From Eledone cirrhosa (lineage: Eukaryota): DNA of 64,000 bases. Below, one piece after another: positions 44,138-57,057 of this stretch; the first letter of the stretch is position 1, and each line of letters opens with the position of its first letter. Below the pieces are notes generated by a model that saw only the letters and a list, made by a program, of their open reading frames with translations, had not been told where the DNA came from and made no database searches. The DNA lies in the NCBI GenBank assembly GCA_964016885.1, contig OZ024746.1:81034001-81098000 (forward strand), in the 5' to 3' direction. The translations under genes were made by a program, and so were the position numbers.

Positions 44138-44330
44138 GGGCGGTGGATTGGCAGTATCGGTAGAGGGTCGGACGCCATGCTTTGCAGCAAAGAGTTACGG
44201 CCCTTTATGGTCTGAGTTTAAATCCCGCCGAGGTTAACTTTGCCTTTCATCCTTACGGGGTCGATAAAATAAAGTACCAGTAATACACTGAGATAATTGC
44301 TGGCCTTGTGCCTAAAGTAGAAACAATTAA
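44138..44330 (+). mobile_element. SINE family A, full length, 14 bp TSD
   Basis: TSD AAATACCCACCCAA at 44124-44137 and 44331-44344. Confidence 0.92.
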
Positions 44331-44430
44331 AAATACCCACCCAAAATAATATCTAATATAAATACTATCAAACTATCAAAATATTATGCTTATATGTATA
44401 CTTAATCTTTGTTGTCTATATATTGTGACT

Positions 44431-44600
44431 TAGAGGGTCGGACGCCATGCTTTGACGCATAGAGTTACGGCCCTTGCCATTCTGAGTTCAAATCCCGCTG
44501 AGGTTAACTTTGCCTTTCATCCTTACGGGGTCGATAAAATAAAGTACCAGTAATACACTGGGTATTTGATGGCCTTGTGCCAAAAGTAGAAACAATTATT
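44431..44600 (+). mobile_element. SINE family A, 5'-truncated
   Basis: Starts TAGAGGGTCGGACGCC; ends GTAGAAACAATTATT. Confidence 0.85.
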
Positions 44601-44709
44601 ATTTATTCTTTTATTGTAATGAAGAGATTCTAATGGTGTTGTTGTTGTTGGCCATTTAGAAGCAAAATAAGTAAATGAGCAAACGTTCAGTTATACTTGC
44701 TAGAGTAGA

Positions 44710-45005
44710 TGCAGCATTGTTAAATGATTAAAAGGTTTACTTCACAATCATAAAGTCTCGGGTTTGATTTCACTTTATGGCATATCGGGCAAGTGTTATT
44801 TATAAAGGCTCTAAGCCTTGTGAGTCAAATTGGGTGGATGTTTAGAACTGTTTGGAAGCTTCTCAGATGGGCTGTATGTATAATGCAAAGGACTAGCCTT
44901 ATCAAACATTGTGTCATGCTGAATCTTCTTGAGAATTATGTTATGGGTATATGTAGCTGCACTTGCATTTGATTTAATGATTAGGCTGTTCTATTGGTTG
45001 AAAAA
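44710..45005 (+). mobile_element. SINE family C, diverged
   Basis: GGGCAAGTGT...AAGCCTTGTGAGT..ATTGG body. Confidence 0.55.
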
Positions 45006-45019
45006 CTATAACGTTGATA

Positions 45020-45206
45020 ATTTTTTCTACTTTTGGCACAAGGCCAGCAATTACCCAGTGCATTACTGGTTCTTTATTTAATCGACCTCGTAAGGATGAA
45101 AGGCAAAGTTAACCTCGGCGGGATTTGAACTCAGTCCGTAAAGGGACGTAACTGTGCTGCAAAGCATGGCGTCCGACCCTCTACCGATACTGCCAATCAA
45201 CCGCCC
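45020..45206 (-). mobile_element. SINE family A, full length, 16 bp TSD
   Basis: TSD CTATAACGTTGATAAT at 45006-45021 and 45206-45221. Confidence 0.92.
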
Positions 45207-46290
45207 TATAACGTTGATAATGAAAACTGAGAAGGGTTCATTCAGTTCAACATTTAACAATAATCCTGCTACACAAGTAATTAGATATGACCACCCCCCC
45301 TCCTGGCTGGAGAAAAATCTGCCTCTCATAATATCTTATCCAACTCATGCCAGTATGGACAAGTAAACATTAAATCAAAGATGATGATGATGATGCATTA
45401 CTTATTATTTTAATAAGATGAGAAATGTGTAAAGTTTCAGGAAGAGTTTTTACCAGAAATAACTTGTAGCTAGATAAATTAAGGTAAAGTGAGTTCTTAC
45501 CGGAACCACTTTGAATAAGAGATAATACCAACCTCTATCTGATAGGTCAATAACTCTCACAATTCTCTTATTACAATCATTATTATTAGCTTCAGTACAA
45601 TAATAACAGGCAGTGAATTGTCAGTCATTAGAATAGTAAATAGAATGATTTGCAGTATCTATTCTGTCTTACTGAGCTCGAATTCCACCATGGTCAACTT
45701 TGCCTTTCATTCTTTTGAGGTCAATAAAAAATTACCAGTCCAGTATTAGGGTCATTTCTTCCAACCCCCTCTCTCTCTGTGGAAGAAATTGGCTAAATTC
45801 AAATCTGGAAAGGGGATGGATTCCCCCAGGTTTAAAGTGTCCAAGACACGCTGTATGATGGTGCCCTTACAACTTTATCATAAGTTATGAGCCAATGCAT
45901 GCATGCAATAATAACAAATATTACTATTTTTAATTTCACTAGACACAATCTGTCCATTTTCTGCCATATCATTTATCATTTCTGCAACCAATAACATTTG
46001 GTTAGTTATTCTGTTGTTTTTACTGAATGAATCTATTAGAAAGTTGGTTGGAACAGCATAGTGTGTTTAGAGCAATATATAAAATATTTTGAGAATAACT
46101 AGTGTTGAGCTGGCTACTGGTGTAGAGAAGAATCATAGGAAGGGTCAGTATTGTTGTGTAAAACATGGAAACCAACTTAAAGCAATGCCATTATCATTCA
46201 AATCCCCATTTCTAAAATTTGTGAAATCTATGTCAATTGTGTTGGATAGGTGTCAAAATGGTGAATTATTACAATCATTATGATTAGAGT

Positions 46291-46478
46291 GCGGTGGATT
46301 GGCAGTATCGGTAGAGGGTCGGACGCCATGCTTTCCAGCATAGTTACGTCCCTTTACGATCTGAGTTCAAATCTCGCCGAGGTTGACTTTGCCTTTCATC
46401 CTTACGGGGTCGATAAAATAAAGTACCAGTAATGCACTCTGGGTAATTGCTGGCCTTGTGCCTAAAGTAGTAACAATT
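46291..46478 (+). mobile_element. SINE family A, full length, 15 bp TSD
   Basis: TSD ATTATGATTAGAGTG at 46277-46291 and 46476-46490. Confidence 0.92.
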
Positions 46479-48867
46479 ATGATTAGAGTGTGTATGTGTG
46501 CATGTTTTTGTATGGGTTTGTGTCTCTGTTTGTGTATGTTTGTATTTGTGTATGTAAATGTGTATGTGTGTTAGTATGTATGTGTATGAAATAGAGAGAG
46601 ATAAAGTGAGAGTTTTTGATCAGCATCGTATTAAATTCACCTAAGTTGCTACTTCTCAACTTTAGGAAGACTATTTGTAGATTTTGATCACAGAATTGAC
46701 TGTGTGGTTGAGAGGTTTGCTTCATAACTATATGGTCCTGGGTTGGGTCCTTCTATGTGGCACCTTCAGCAACTATCTTTTATGAAGCTTCATGTCACCC
46801 CATTCCTTATCAATGAAATTCGGTTGAGAGAAACTACAGAATCCCATCATGCATTATGTTTATTGATGTGGCAGTGTCATTGGAGCATTGAATATTTCTT
46901 CTAGGTACTTGCGTTCTGAGTTCAAATCTTACCAAGGTTCACTTTTCCATTTATCCTTTCAGGGTCAATAATGAAAGTACCAGCCCAATGCTGGTGCAGC
47001 CCTCTCTCCTTCCAGTTGTGATATCTTAGATATTTTCCTGGACCAAGGCGGGGAGGAAGTGTTGAGTGGGTGTATGTCCTGCTCACGCCTGCATCAGCAG
47101 TTAAAACCCTTAGCGAGAGGTATGGTACTTACTCCCAAGTCATACTCGATTGTGAGTGACAGCTTGTATAAAGTTCTGTTAGTTATGCACTTTCATAAAA
47201 AACGCCTTCTCTATTCTGTCACCCAATTTGCTCATAATAGTGAGAGATGGGGAGGGCCAGAGAGATGGAAGCGATGACAGTGGGAGTTCAGCTCCTCTGT
47301 GTCCATGTATGTGTATGTTTACTTCTATTCGTTCGATTTTGTCATTAAAATAATTATTGTACCGATAAAGTTTTAAACTTTCACCAACTAAGCTTTATAG
47401 AATTTAGTCAGTGAACGAGCTTTAAGTCATTGACTTGACCTGCTAAAAGTAGTCACTAAATCTAACTCCCTCCTTTATGATAATGAGCCAAGCACCCTAA
47501 CCACTAAGCTATATGTCTTCATAGTCTTTATATATGGTTATAGCACAGACATGAACATTCTTTATAAATTAACATATTTGGCATAGATTTTATTTTACTT
47601 TATGGTTCTCTTTATTTATGTGTAAGAAATATTTATATTAATTCATAATGTATTTTGTTCTTTACAATAGCTAGACATAATTCCCCCATTGTTTCAACAA
47701 ATGTAATATTTCTGTAGATTTAATTTGAAATTAGAGAATCCTATTATTGAAATAACCAGCAAGATAACAGCTCACAAGCTGTGAACAACTAATAAAATAG
47801 TAATGAAATAAATTATTCAAGTAACATAAAGATTAATGACACTGAAAAAGCTATCTTGTAAAATACAGTAGCTTAAAAATCAAGGATATATACTAATATA
47901 CTTAATTATATGTAATAAAATTATATGTAATAAAACCACAAGAAGTTAATTTGGTAATATAAAAATTACTAAAATGCTTTATTTTATTTTAGCTATGCAA
48001 TAGTGTATGTTCTAACGGTAGTACTTAACATTGTCAATTGCTTTTCCATATTCAGCTCCCTAAAAATAGTATTTTGGTTTTCTAAGGTATAGGGTTTCCC
48101 ATTATTATCATTGAATGCAATTCCTGTTACAACAAGCTTCTCTTTTCGTGTGTTTCTTTCTTCTCTGTAAGTGTTTACCTTTCAAGATTACTTATATGGA
48201 GATAGATTGAGAGTGAGGGTACTTCAAAACTGTTTTGTCTGTGCTACAAACAAAATAATATATTGGTCTTTTTTACAGTCAAGTCCAACATTAACAAAGG
48301 TAAATTTTCTAGACTCTTCTTATAACTCTCTCTCACACACACACACACATACACACATGCAACACACACTTCCTAAAGATATTTCCTTTACCAATATACA
48401 AAAATATTTCACTCTTGCAAACACACACATGTAAAAAAAAAAACCCACCCCCCAGAAAAGCCCCACCAAAACACACAAATACAGTGGTAAATTCTATACA
48501 CTTAACATTTAGCTTTTTTCTAAGTTAAAAAAATAATTGGATTTACTTCGGTTATAATGCAAAACTTTAATCTGTCACACATGTAAAAGTGATTTCATTA
48601 CATATATTATTTAAGTGATTTTAAAGGAACGGATTTCTTTTATACCCTAATCAATCCATCATACTATGAGTGACAATGCACAGAGTAAGGTCTAAAGTTG
48701 CTTTACCCAATAGGTTTAACTTATGTACATAATATCATCCATCTAATCTATCAATTTACTATCACCTCAACACTTAAGTTAAAAACGAAGGGCTTAATGA
48801 GACCTTGCATTACGACATCTCTCTTTCTCTCTCTCTCTCTATATATATACATATTTATATACACATA

Positions 48868-48936
<69 letters not shown>

Positions 48937-49021
48937 ATTTGTAAATACAATGACATCAACAAATATCCGGTGTTATTTTTTCATGTTTATTTTGGTTAGC
49001 TTTTTGTTTTTCATAGCTGAG

Positions 49022-49057
<36 letters not shown>

Positions 49058-49289
49058 CTTTTGTGCGTTTGTGTGTGTGCTTGCATGTGAGCATGTGTGT
49101 GTTGTATATATGTATGTTTACATATATATGCAAATACACATGGCAGAAAGATACTCTTACACATATACATATTTGCATGTTTACATGCATACATAAATAT
49201 ATACATAGAAGCATGCACATATACATATGCGCATATATATACGTACATATATACGTAGAATAATACACACATACATACATACATAGATG

Positions 49290-49850
49290 GTGGCTGCCAA
49301 CTCGTTTTCGAGTACGGCCACTACTTCATATCCAGGTAGGAGAACCCCTACCGATGCGCTGAACGAGTGTGACTTTTTAGTCCAGCCAGCGACTTAAAAA
49401 CTCTGGTACAGACACTACACTTGTGACAATTACTGACACATAGTGCTGGGCCCATGGTACCATGTGACGACAAGTGCAGAGAGATCTCCAGATATAAAGC
49501 AATGCCTGTGCCGTGAAGCTTTTATAGTGAGCAAAGGCACTGCACAAAGCCAGTCCCACTCTCTTAACCAAGATGATATTTACCAAAAAGAAGAACAAGT
49601 CAACATCATTGGATACCATCAGGGTTGCAGGTGTTATATCAGAGTTTTCCTTCTAGAATTCTGCCTTGACAAAGGCTAAGAGGTCATCTCTCCCGGTGAT
49701 TTTGGATGGCCATTGACTCTTAAGAGCTCCTTTGCCCTTTGACAGGTTTTGTTTTTAGTCCTGCAGGATGTCCAAAGTCACCCTCCTCACCAAGAAACCT
49801 TGGTGGGGTTGCCAGTTTAGTCGCCAATGACCCGACCATGAGACAGTTGT
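49290..49850 (-). mobile_element. Possible 5'UTR fragment of an RTE-type LINE between microsatellites
   Basis: GC-richer island; minus strand has GGCGACTAAACTGGCAACCCC and GAAGGAAAACTCTGA motifs that I recall from RTE 5' regions; no ORF. Confidence 0.35.
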
Positions 49851-49902
49851 ATATATATATATACATAGATATACATACATATATATACCTATATATATAT
49901 AT

Positions 49903-49943
<41 letters not shown>

Positions 49944-50275
49944 CATACATATATATACATATACATATATATATATATATATACATATACATACATATAT
50001 ATATATACATACATATATATATATACATATACATACATATATATATATACATACATATATATACATATACATATATATATATACATATATATATACATAC
50101 ATAGATACATATATATACATACATAGATACATACATATATACATACATAGATACATACATAGATACATACATACATAGATACATACATACATACATACAT
50201 ACATAGATACATACATACATACATACATACATAGATAGATACATACATAGATACATACATACTTACATACAAGCA
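49851..50275. repeat. Compound (TA)/(TACA)/(TAGA) microsatellite
   Basis: Direct reading. Confidence 0.92.
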
Positions 50276-51662
50276 TGCATACAAAAATCCATCAATTCAT
50301 CCACACACACACACACACACACACGAATCTTTGTCAAAAGTATCACCTAAATTATGGCAGCAGACATCAGTCACACACACTTACTTTACACATTTCCAGC
50401 TTGTATTTTCATGAATCTCTGTTTGTTTTGAGTACTTTGAAAGCAAAATATGATAACCAGTTCAACACTGAACAGTGGGATTACATTGCATGTGAAAATG
50501 TATACATGTGTGTGTGTAGTGTGGGTGTGCGAGTGTGTGTGTGTGCATGTGAGTATGTGTGTGTATGTATGTGTGAGTATGTGTGTGTATATGTGTGTGT
50601 GCGAGAGTGTGTGTGTGTGTGTAGGGGGCTGGAGAAATAATCAAATTTCAGAGTTCTTTGATAAGATGACCAGCCTGTCATTTAGCCTGTTTCAGAAGAT
50701 ATCAACATTAACAGTAATTTTGTCATCTTAGATGACAATGTTTTTATTGGGTGTCATGTCAGGGAAAAACAAAAACCCAGAGAGTTATGAAAGCCTAATG
50801 TTTAAATCTTTGACATCAAGTGGTCACTAGTACAAGCCGAAGCTTGCAAAGTGATCATGGAGGTGCCACGGTAAACAATCACCCAGCACTCACTGTAAAG
50901 TGGTTTGTGTTAGCAAGGGCATCCAACTGTAGAAATCAAGCCAGAATCAGTACCCGTATGAGCAAGATAAGGTCAGCCAACCAGACACTGCCCACAACAG
51001 GACAACCCGTCTATCCCATGCTAGTGTAGAAGAATGTGTAAAACGGTGTGACGGTGTGATGATGATGATGATATATATACAGTTGTCCCCCACCCCAGGG
51101 TATTGTTGGTGGAGGTGGGGTTACGTTCCTAGAGTATCCGCGAAGAGTGGAAAAACGCGAATGTTGGACGTGGTCCATAGAAATGCCAATAAACATCAAA
51201 ATATAACGTAAAATATAATATAAAAAGAGGGACCATACTACATTTCTCTTGGAGATAGCATATTGAAGACTACCTTATTTCATGTAGCCCTTTATTTACA
51301 TGCTGGTAGAGATTTGAGGGAAATTTGGTTGCTAGTTCTAGCAATATTGGTTGAAAAGAGAGTAAAGTGAAATAAAGGCAATGACCTGTCTTACTATGGC
51401 TTAGATTTACATAATGTGAGAAACTTTTCTGAAATTCTCATCTGTGGGAGAAAACAAAACAAACTAGATATTGAATAAAAAGAAAATATATTGGAATATA
51501 TTGGACAATGAAAATATGTAGAAGAATATAATGGACAATTAATTTAATCCCTGATATATATATCATCATCATCATCATCTTGCTCATATAGGACTGTTTC
51601 TGGCTGGTTCCTAATGCCAACCACTTTACAGCATGGGCTGGATGTTTTATGATACCAACATA

Positions 51663-52660
51663 ATCATCATCATCATCAACGTTTAACATCCGTGTTCCAC
51701 GCTTGCATGGGTTTGGACGGGGGTAGTCCCACTTGAGGCAAGAGTGATTGTCTTGCTTGCATAGGACTGTCTGGCAGGTTTTCTACAGTTGGATGCCCTT
51801 CCTAACACCAACCACATTTACAGTGTGGGTCTGGGAGGTTTTTACCGTGTTGCCTACACGGCCACATTACAGCGTGGACTGTGTGTTTTTTTGTCGTGAC
51901 ACCTACACGATCTCATTTGTTTCGGCCTACACGATCTCATTTGTTTCGGCCTGGATGGCGCGGCACCAACATAACTTTACATAGAACGGGGTGGTGTGGA
52001 TGGGGTGGGGGTGGTGGTGGTGGGACGGGGTGTATTTTGTTAGGGATGCCTACTGGCTGGAGTAGGTTTTACTATATATATTTAGGTAAGGCGGGTCTTC
52101 TCTGTTACTGAGTACCGCCAAAGGTCTCGGTCCAGTGACATTGTCTTGGAGAGGTGTAAGTGTGTGATGTCGGAGTTTATCAGCTCGTCCCAGGTTTTTC
52201 TAGGTCTGCCTATTCCGTGACTACCGTCTATCTTTATTGCCCTGCACTTTGTTATACAGCTGTCGACTTTCATGCGCATCACGTGTCCATACCAACGTAG
52301 CCTTCTCTCGAGTAAACAACATCTGATCCCTCTTATCTCTAATTTTTTCCTTAGTTCGTTTCTGCTTTGCCGTTCACGTATATTACTGTTACACATCCAG
52401 CGGAGCATGCAAGCTTCGTTCCTCTCTAGTCTGCGTATATCCTCTGCACACAATGCCCAGGTCTCACTACCATGCAACATTGCTGTTCGTATGCAGGCAT
52501 CGTACAACCTGCCTTTCATTTTTAGGGAGAACCCTTTAGCAGCTAATAGTGGTATAAGCTCTCTGAACTTTTTCCAACCAGTTCTGACTCTAGCTACAGT
52601 ACTTTCAGAGCACCCTCCCCCACTGCTGATTTTATCGCCCAGGTAACGGAAGCTGTCCAC
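51663..52660 (-). mobile_element. RTE LINE 3' fragment (RT C-terminus + 3'UTR + (GAT)n)
   Basis: ORF 52082-52660: FRYLG, AMLHGSETW, MLRWMC, RRLRWYGHVMR, GRPRKTW. Confidence 0.9.
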
Positions 52661-53214
52661 TATTTCTATAGAACCCTCTATATATATATATACAGATATA
52701 TATCATGATGATGATACATATATATATATATTTGTGTATATATGCATATATCATCACTAACCATTTCCATTTAACGTCAATATTTCCACGTTTGCATGGG
52801 TTAGACATGTCGTCCATGCCGGGAGGAAAGTCTGGCCAGTGTTGGCCATGTTTTGCACCTTGTTATGGCATGGACTGTAAATTTTGCTGGGTATTTTACA
52901 GCTGGATGCCCTTTCTAACACCATTTAGGTTTACAGTGTGAAACTGGATGGCTCCATTATGAAGAGGGACAGGCCAGTTGGCTGCGTTGAACCCGTCTCA
53001 CAATAGGACCATGTTTTTGGAGCCCAACCCATCACACAGTGGAACCATAGTTTGGGGGCCCAGTACAGGATGGCACCAATACGAGGAGCACAACCCATCT
53101 TACAGCATAGCCACAGTTTGGGGGCCTGGTACTGGATGACACTGGTACAAGGAGGGATAGATAAAGGGGGAAAGACAAATGAGTCAGGATGAATGAGTCA
53201 AGGTGTCATTAGTT

Positions 53215-53478
53215 CTGGGGCTAAATAACATCAGTCCTGGGTTCTAAAAACATCAGTCCTAGGGCTAAACAACATCTGTACTGGGGCTAAACAACATCTG
53301 TACTGGGGCTAAACAACATCAGTCCTAGGGCTAAATAACATCTGTACTGGGGCTAAACAACATCAGTCCTAGGGCTAAACAACATCAGTCCTAGGGCTAA
53401 ATAACATCAGTCCTGGGTTCTAAAAACATCAGTCCTAGGTTCTAAACAACATTAGTCCTGGGGCTAAACAACATCAGT
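53215..53478. repeat. 22 bp minisatellite (GGGGCTAAACAACATCAGTCCT), ~12 units
   Basis: Direct reading of tandem units. Confidence 0.92.
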
Positions 53479-53911
53479 ACATATATATATATATATATAA
53501 ATATACACATATGCATATATACTTATACACAAATACATACATAATCATACACATATATACAAATACCATATAGATAGACAAAATGATGGGAAGTATTTTA
53601 CTAACCCTAAGGTAAACAACAACACCACTGTGACTGCTGCTACTAAAGGTTCCTATATAAATTGTCTGGGTAGGAATTCAAAGAATTATGTAGAAGCTTT
53701 TGTTTTCTTATTTCAGACGTTGTAGGAGGAAAAAATTTTCTATGAATAAACATAGTGAAGGAGATGAGGGGATGGGGAGGAGAGAGAGAACTTGTGATGA
53801 TAATGTGTGGCTTTCTATTCTGGGGTCTAACTATGTAGGAAAAAAACACTCCATAGAAGCAAGGACCAGAATATACACCATTTAAAGGTGATATATAAAT
53901 ATGTGAGAGCA

Positions 53912-54060
53912 GATGGCTTAGTGATTAGGATGTTTGGCACTTAATCATAAGGTCATTAGTTTGAATCTGTGGTGTGTTGCGTCCTTGAGCAAGATACTTT
54001 ATTTCCTGTTGCTCTAGTCTACTCAGCTAGAAAAATGAGTTGTATCTGTAATTCAAAGAC
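53912..54060 (+). mobile_element. SINE family B 5' part
   Basis: TGGCTTAGTG A box, GTTTGAATC B box, GTCCTTGAGCAAGATACTTTATTTC..TTGCTC.AGTC.ACTCAGCT. Confidence 0.7.
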
Positions 54061-54402
54061 ATTTGTCCAATATTCTACGAAGTGAGATCAACCCTGGGCC
54101 AACATGACTTTATTGGTCTTCAGTTCTTGATTCGTACTTCATTTTATCAACACAAGAAATATCAATTACTTTTATATCTTAGTTTATTTCAACTTATTCA
54201 TTGCTACACTTTACTTATATTTACTGACTAAATTAAAGATTTTATACAATGATATAGATAACATAATTTTATATAATATTGAAGTTTGGAAGAAAGGTAT
54301 GGTTTAAAAAATAATAAAATGAGAGAGTTAATTAGATTATGTCCTGTAACCTAGAAATTCAACAAGATCAATAAAATAAGTTGCAGATATGATCAACTAA
54401 AC

Positions 54403-54470
<68 letters not shown>

Positions 54471-54569
54471 ATGCGCGTGTGTGTATACATATTTACATTT
54501 ATGCCTCTGTCTGTGTTCCAGAATTTAGTGGGTCACACGCACACGTGCCAGAATAGAAAAAAAAAATCA

Positions 54570-54830
54570 GTAAAATAACAGTACCGGACTTGAAAAAATA
54601 AATATTGGGGTCGATTAGATCATCTAAAAATTCCCATTAAGATGGTGCCTCAGCATGGCTGTAGTCCAATGACTGGAACCAGTAAAAGAATAAAATAATA
54701 TATAAGCCAAAATTCTTTAACCACCAATAAGTACTGGGATCAATATGATTGACTAAATGATTGATAATAGTACCCCAGCATGACCACAGTTTGATAACTG
54801 AAACCAATAAAAGAGTAATAGAATACAAAA
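54570..54830 (+). mobile_element. Two tandem 3' fragments of another SINE family
   Basis: TACTGGGGTCGAT...GGTGC..CAGCATGG..G.AGT...TGACTG.AACCA.TAAAAGA occurs twice. Confidence 0.55.
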
Positions 54831-55634
54831 TTCTATAAATGGACAAACAGTATTCCCTTGCCCCTTACTTTTAGCTTAGTGTTATAAAAATAGTTTGATT
54901 ATCATTTTCACAGAATAATGGAGACCCACTTTATAGATTTTTTCTTCAACAATAATCAATTGTACTAGATCCACAGCTATACTACACGAGGCCATTAATG
55001 TCAAGGCCCACATCAGCTATTGCATTATAGCCAACTTAACAACATATGGCTTTTGGCTCAGGAAATGCCAATTTGAGGTTTGTCAGTCACTCTCTGCCAT
55101 TGGAATTGCTTTAACAACCTGCCAGAGGTTAAATTCTCATTTTCCTTATCTCTCATTCAAAATTCTTTCTTCATATTGCATATGAGTGTCAGACTGAATA
55201 ACTATCAGCCTGTCTGTCTGTTTGTCCATCCATACAAGCACTTGCCATTGTTTTGTGTTCCAGCTTCTGGTTTTTTAACACGCATTCGTTCTCTTTCTTT
55301 CCCTCTGACTGTAATGGCTCCGTGTAATAATGACTAAGCAAACATCTTCAGTGATATCAATAAACAATGAAAAGCATGCAAAATAATTGCATTTGCATGT
55401 GAACAAGAGTAAGAGAGACAGAAATGAGGAGAGACAGAGTGTGTGTGTGTGTCTGTATATATATATATATAATACATGGGATGGCTACTGCTAGAAAGAG
55501 AAGAACTCAATGCATGTATAGAGTATATGTTTTTGATTGATTCTCAGTTTAAATTAAACTGGTCAATGATTGTGAGAAATTGTACTTTTAGTTCCATTCA
55601 TAATATATATTAAGTGCAAGACTTGCAGGAGCTG

Positions 55635-55800
55635 GGGCAGTAAAGCGCCAGCTTCAGCATTCAATAATCAGAAGGAAGGTAGGTGTAAAAGCCAAACTCG
55701 TTATCTTCAATTTGGTACTCATGCCAACCCTTACCTATGGTCATGAATCTTGGGTAATGACCGAAAGAAAATGATCACGAATACAAGTGGCCGAAATGGA
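55635..55800 (+). mobile_element. RTE (Expander-like) internal fragment
   Basis: Translates KAKLVIFNLVLMPTLTYGHESWVMTERK*SRIQVAEM. Confidence 0.7.
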
Positions 55801-55934
55801 GCAGTCATGACTTTCCAGATACCATACACACACACGCAGCTCTGTTGTCCTCCATTGAAGTTCCGTGTGTGTGTGTGTGTGAGAGAGAGATAAACAGACA
55901 TTGACAGAGATAAACAGACAGAGAGAGGGTGATG

Positions 55935-56098
55935 TATGAAGATTCGGCTGGAAAGTTCATAGGCTGACAAATATACTTTCATGAAATGACAAAATGCAGT
56001 TAATAATAAGACAAGTTGAAATTAATTCATGCAAGATTTCACAGCTCTAGCACCATTCCCTCATAGTCAGTCTATGAACTTTTCAGCCAACCCTTGTA
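55935..56098. mobile_element. Tc1/mariner-type MITE
   Basis: TA-..GGCTGGAAAGTTCATAGGCTGAC ... GTCAGTCTATGAACTTTTCAGCC..-TA, ~30 bp imperfect TIRs. Confidence 0.7.
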
Positions 56099-57025
56099 TG
56101 TCAGCAAAATATTAAGATAGTGACTAATGATTTATCCAATACCAGTTTATGAGGAATAGAAGGAAAAGTGAGTTTAAGATTAAAACCTGAAGTCAAATAA
56201 GCCATATATCAGCTGTTAGATAAGGAATCACAATTGAATAATTGTATTGTATGAATTATTAGATCAAAATTTATAGCCATAATCCAAGATTAGACTGTTT
56301 ATTATGTATGGGAATCTTTTAAACCATTTTTTTAAGAATATATACAGAAGCAGAAATATCATATCTACAATTGTAAAATATCTTCATAGTCATTCTTTCA
56401 GTTCAAGAAATAGAAAATTTACTTAGGAACAAAAAAGAATAGTGTTCCAGCTGTTCACATCAAGTGGCTAAGTATTCCACAGCATGACAATATGTAACAA
56501 GATCAGTACAGTCTATATAATGGGCTCCCACAAAGCTTGGGTCGACACTTGCTCAAGATGTTACACAGTAGGACTAAAACCCCGTGATCTCATGATTGTG
56601 AAACAAACTTCATAACCATTCTGTGACATTTATATTAACAGGTGCATAACAGGTACTTTATTTTCTCACCCCCTAAAAATGATGAAAGACAAAGTTAACC
56701 TCAGCAATATTTGAACTTAGAATGTAAAAATCTAGATACTAATGATACTACCAATAATTATGTTAAAATCTGTACAAGAACACTTAAGGGATGTACAATA
56801 CTGAGGGATACAGCTTCCTACCAACAACATCTGACATACTGACAATATGTTGTAGGCTGTTGATACCCAAACACTAGTTGTTCCCATAAGTGAACCTCAG
56901 AAAATTATTTTTTATTTATATATAAAACCACAAAAAAAAAAAATAATAATTAGTAGTTCACTTTTTTATATGAATATTTTCTTAATGATATTAGAAAAAT
57001 GTTTCACCAACTTTTCATGAAGATC

Positions 57026-57057
<32 letters not shown>

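Noticed and set aside
44138-44240. Possible tRNA genes (A and B boxes)
   Set aside because: Boxes are SINE heads with TSDs and 3' bodies; no cloverleaf.
51134-51170. GCGAAGA-GTG..CGC-GAAT-GTT hammerhead-like arrangement
   Set aside because: Three or more core mismatches; not distinguishable from chance.
53215-53478. Possible CRISPR-like array
   Set aside because: Contiguous tandem units with no unique spacers; eukaryotic context and no cas genes.
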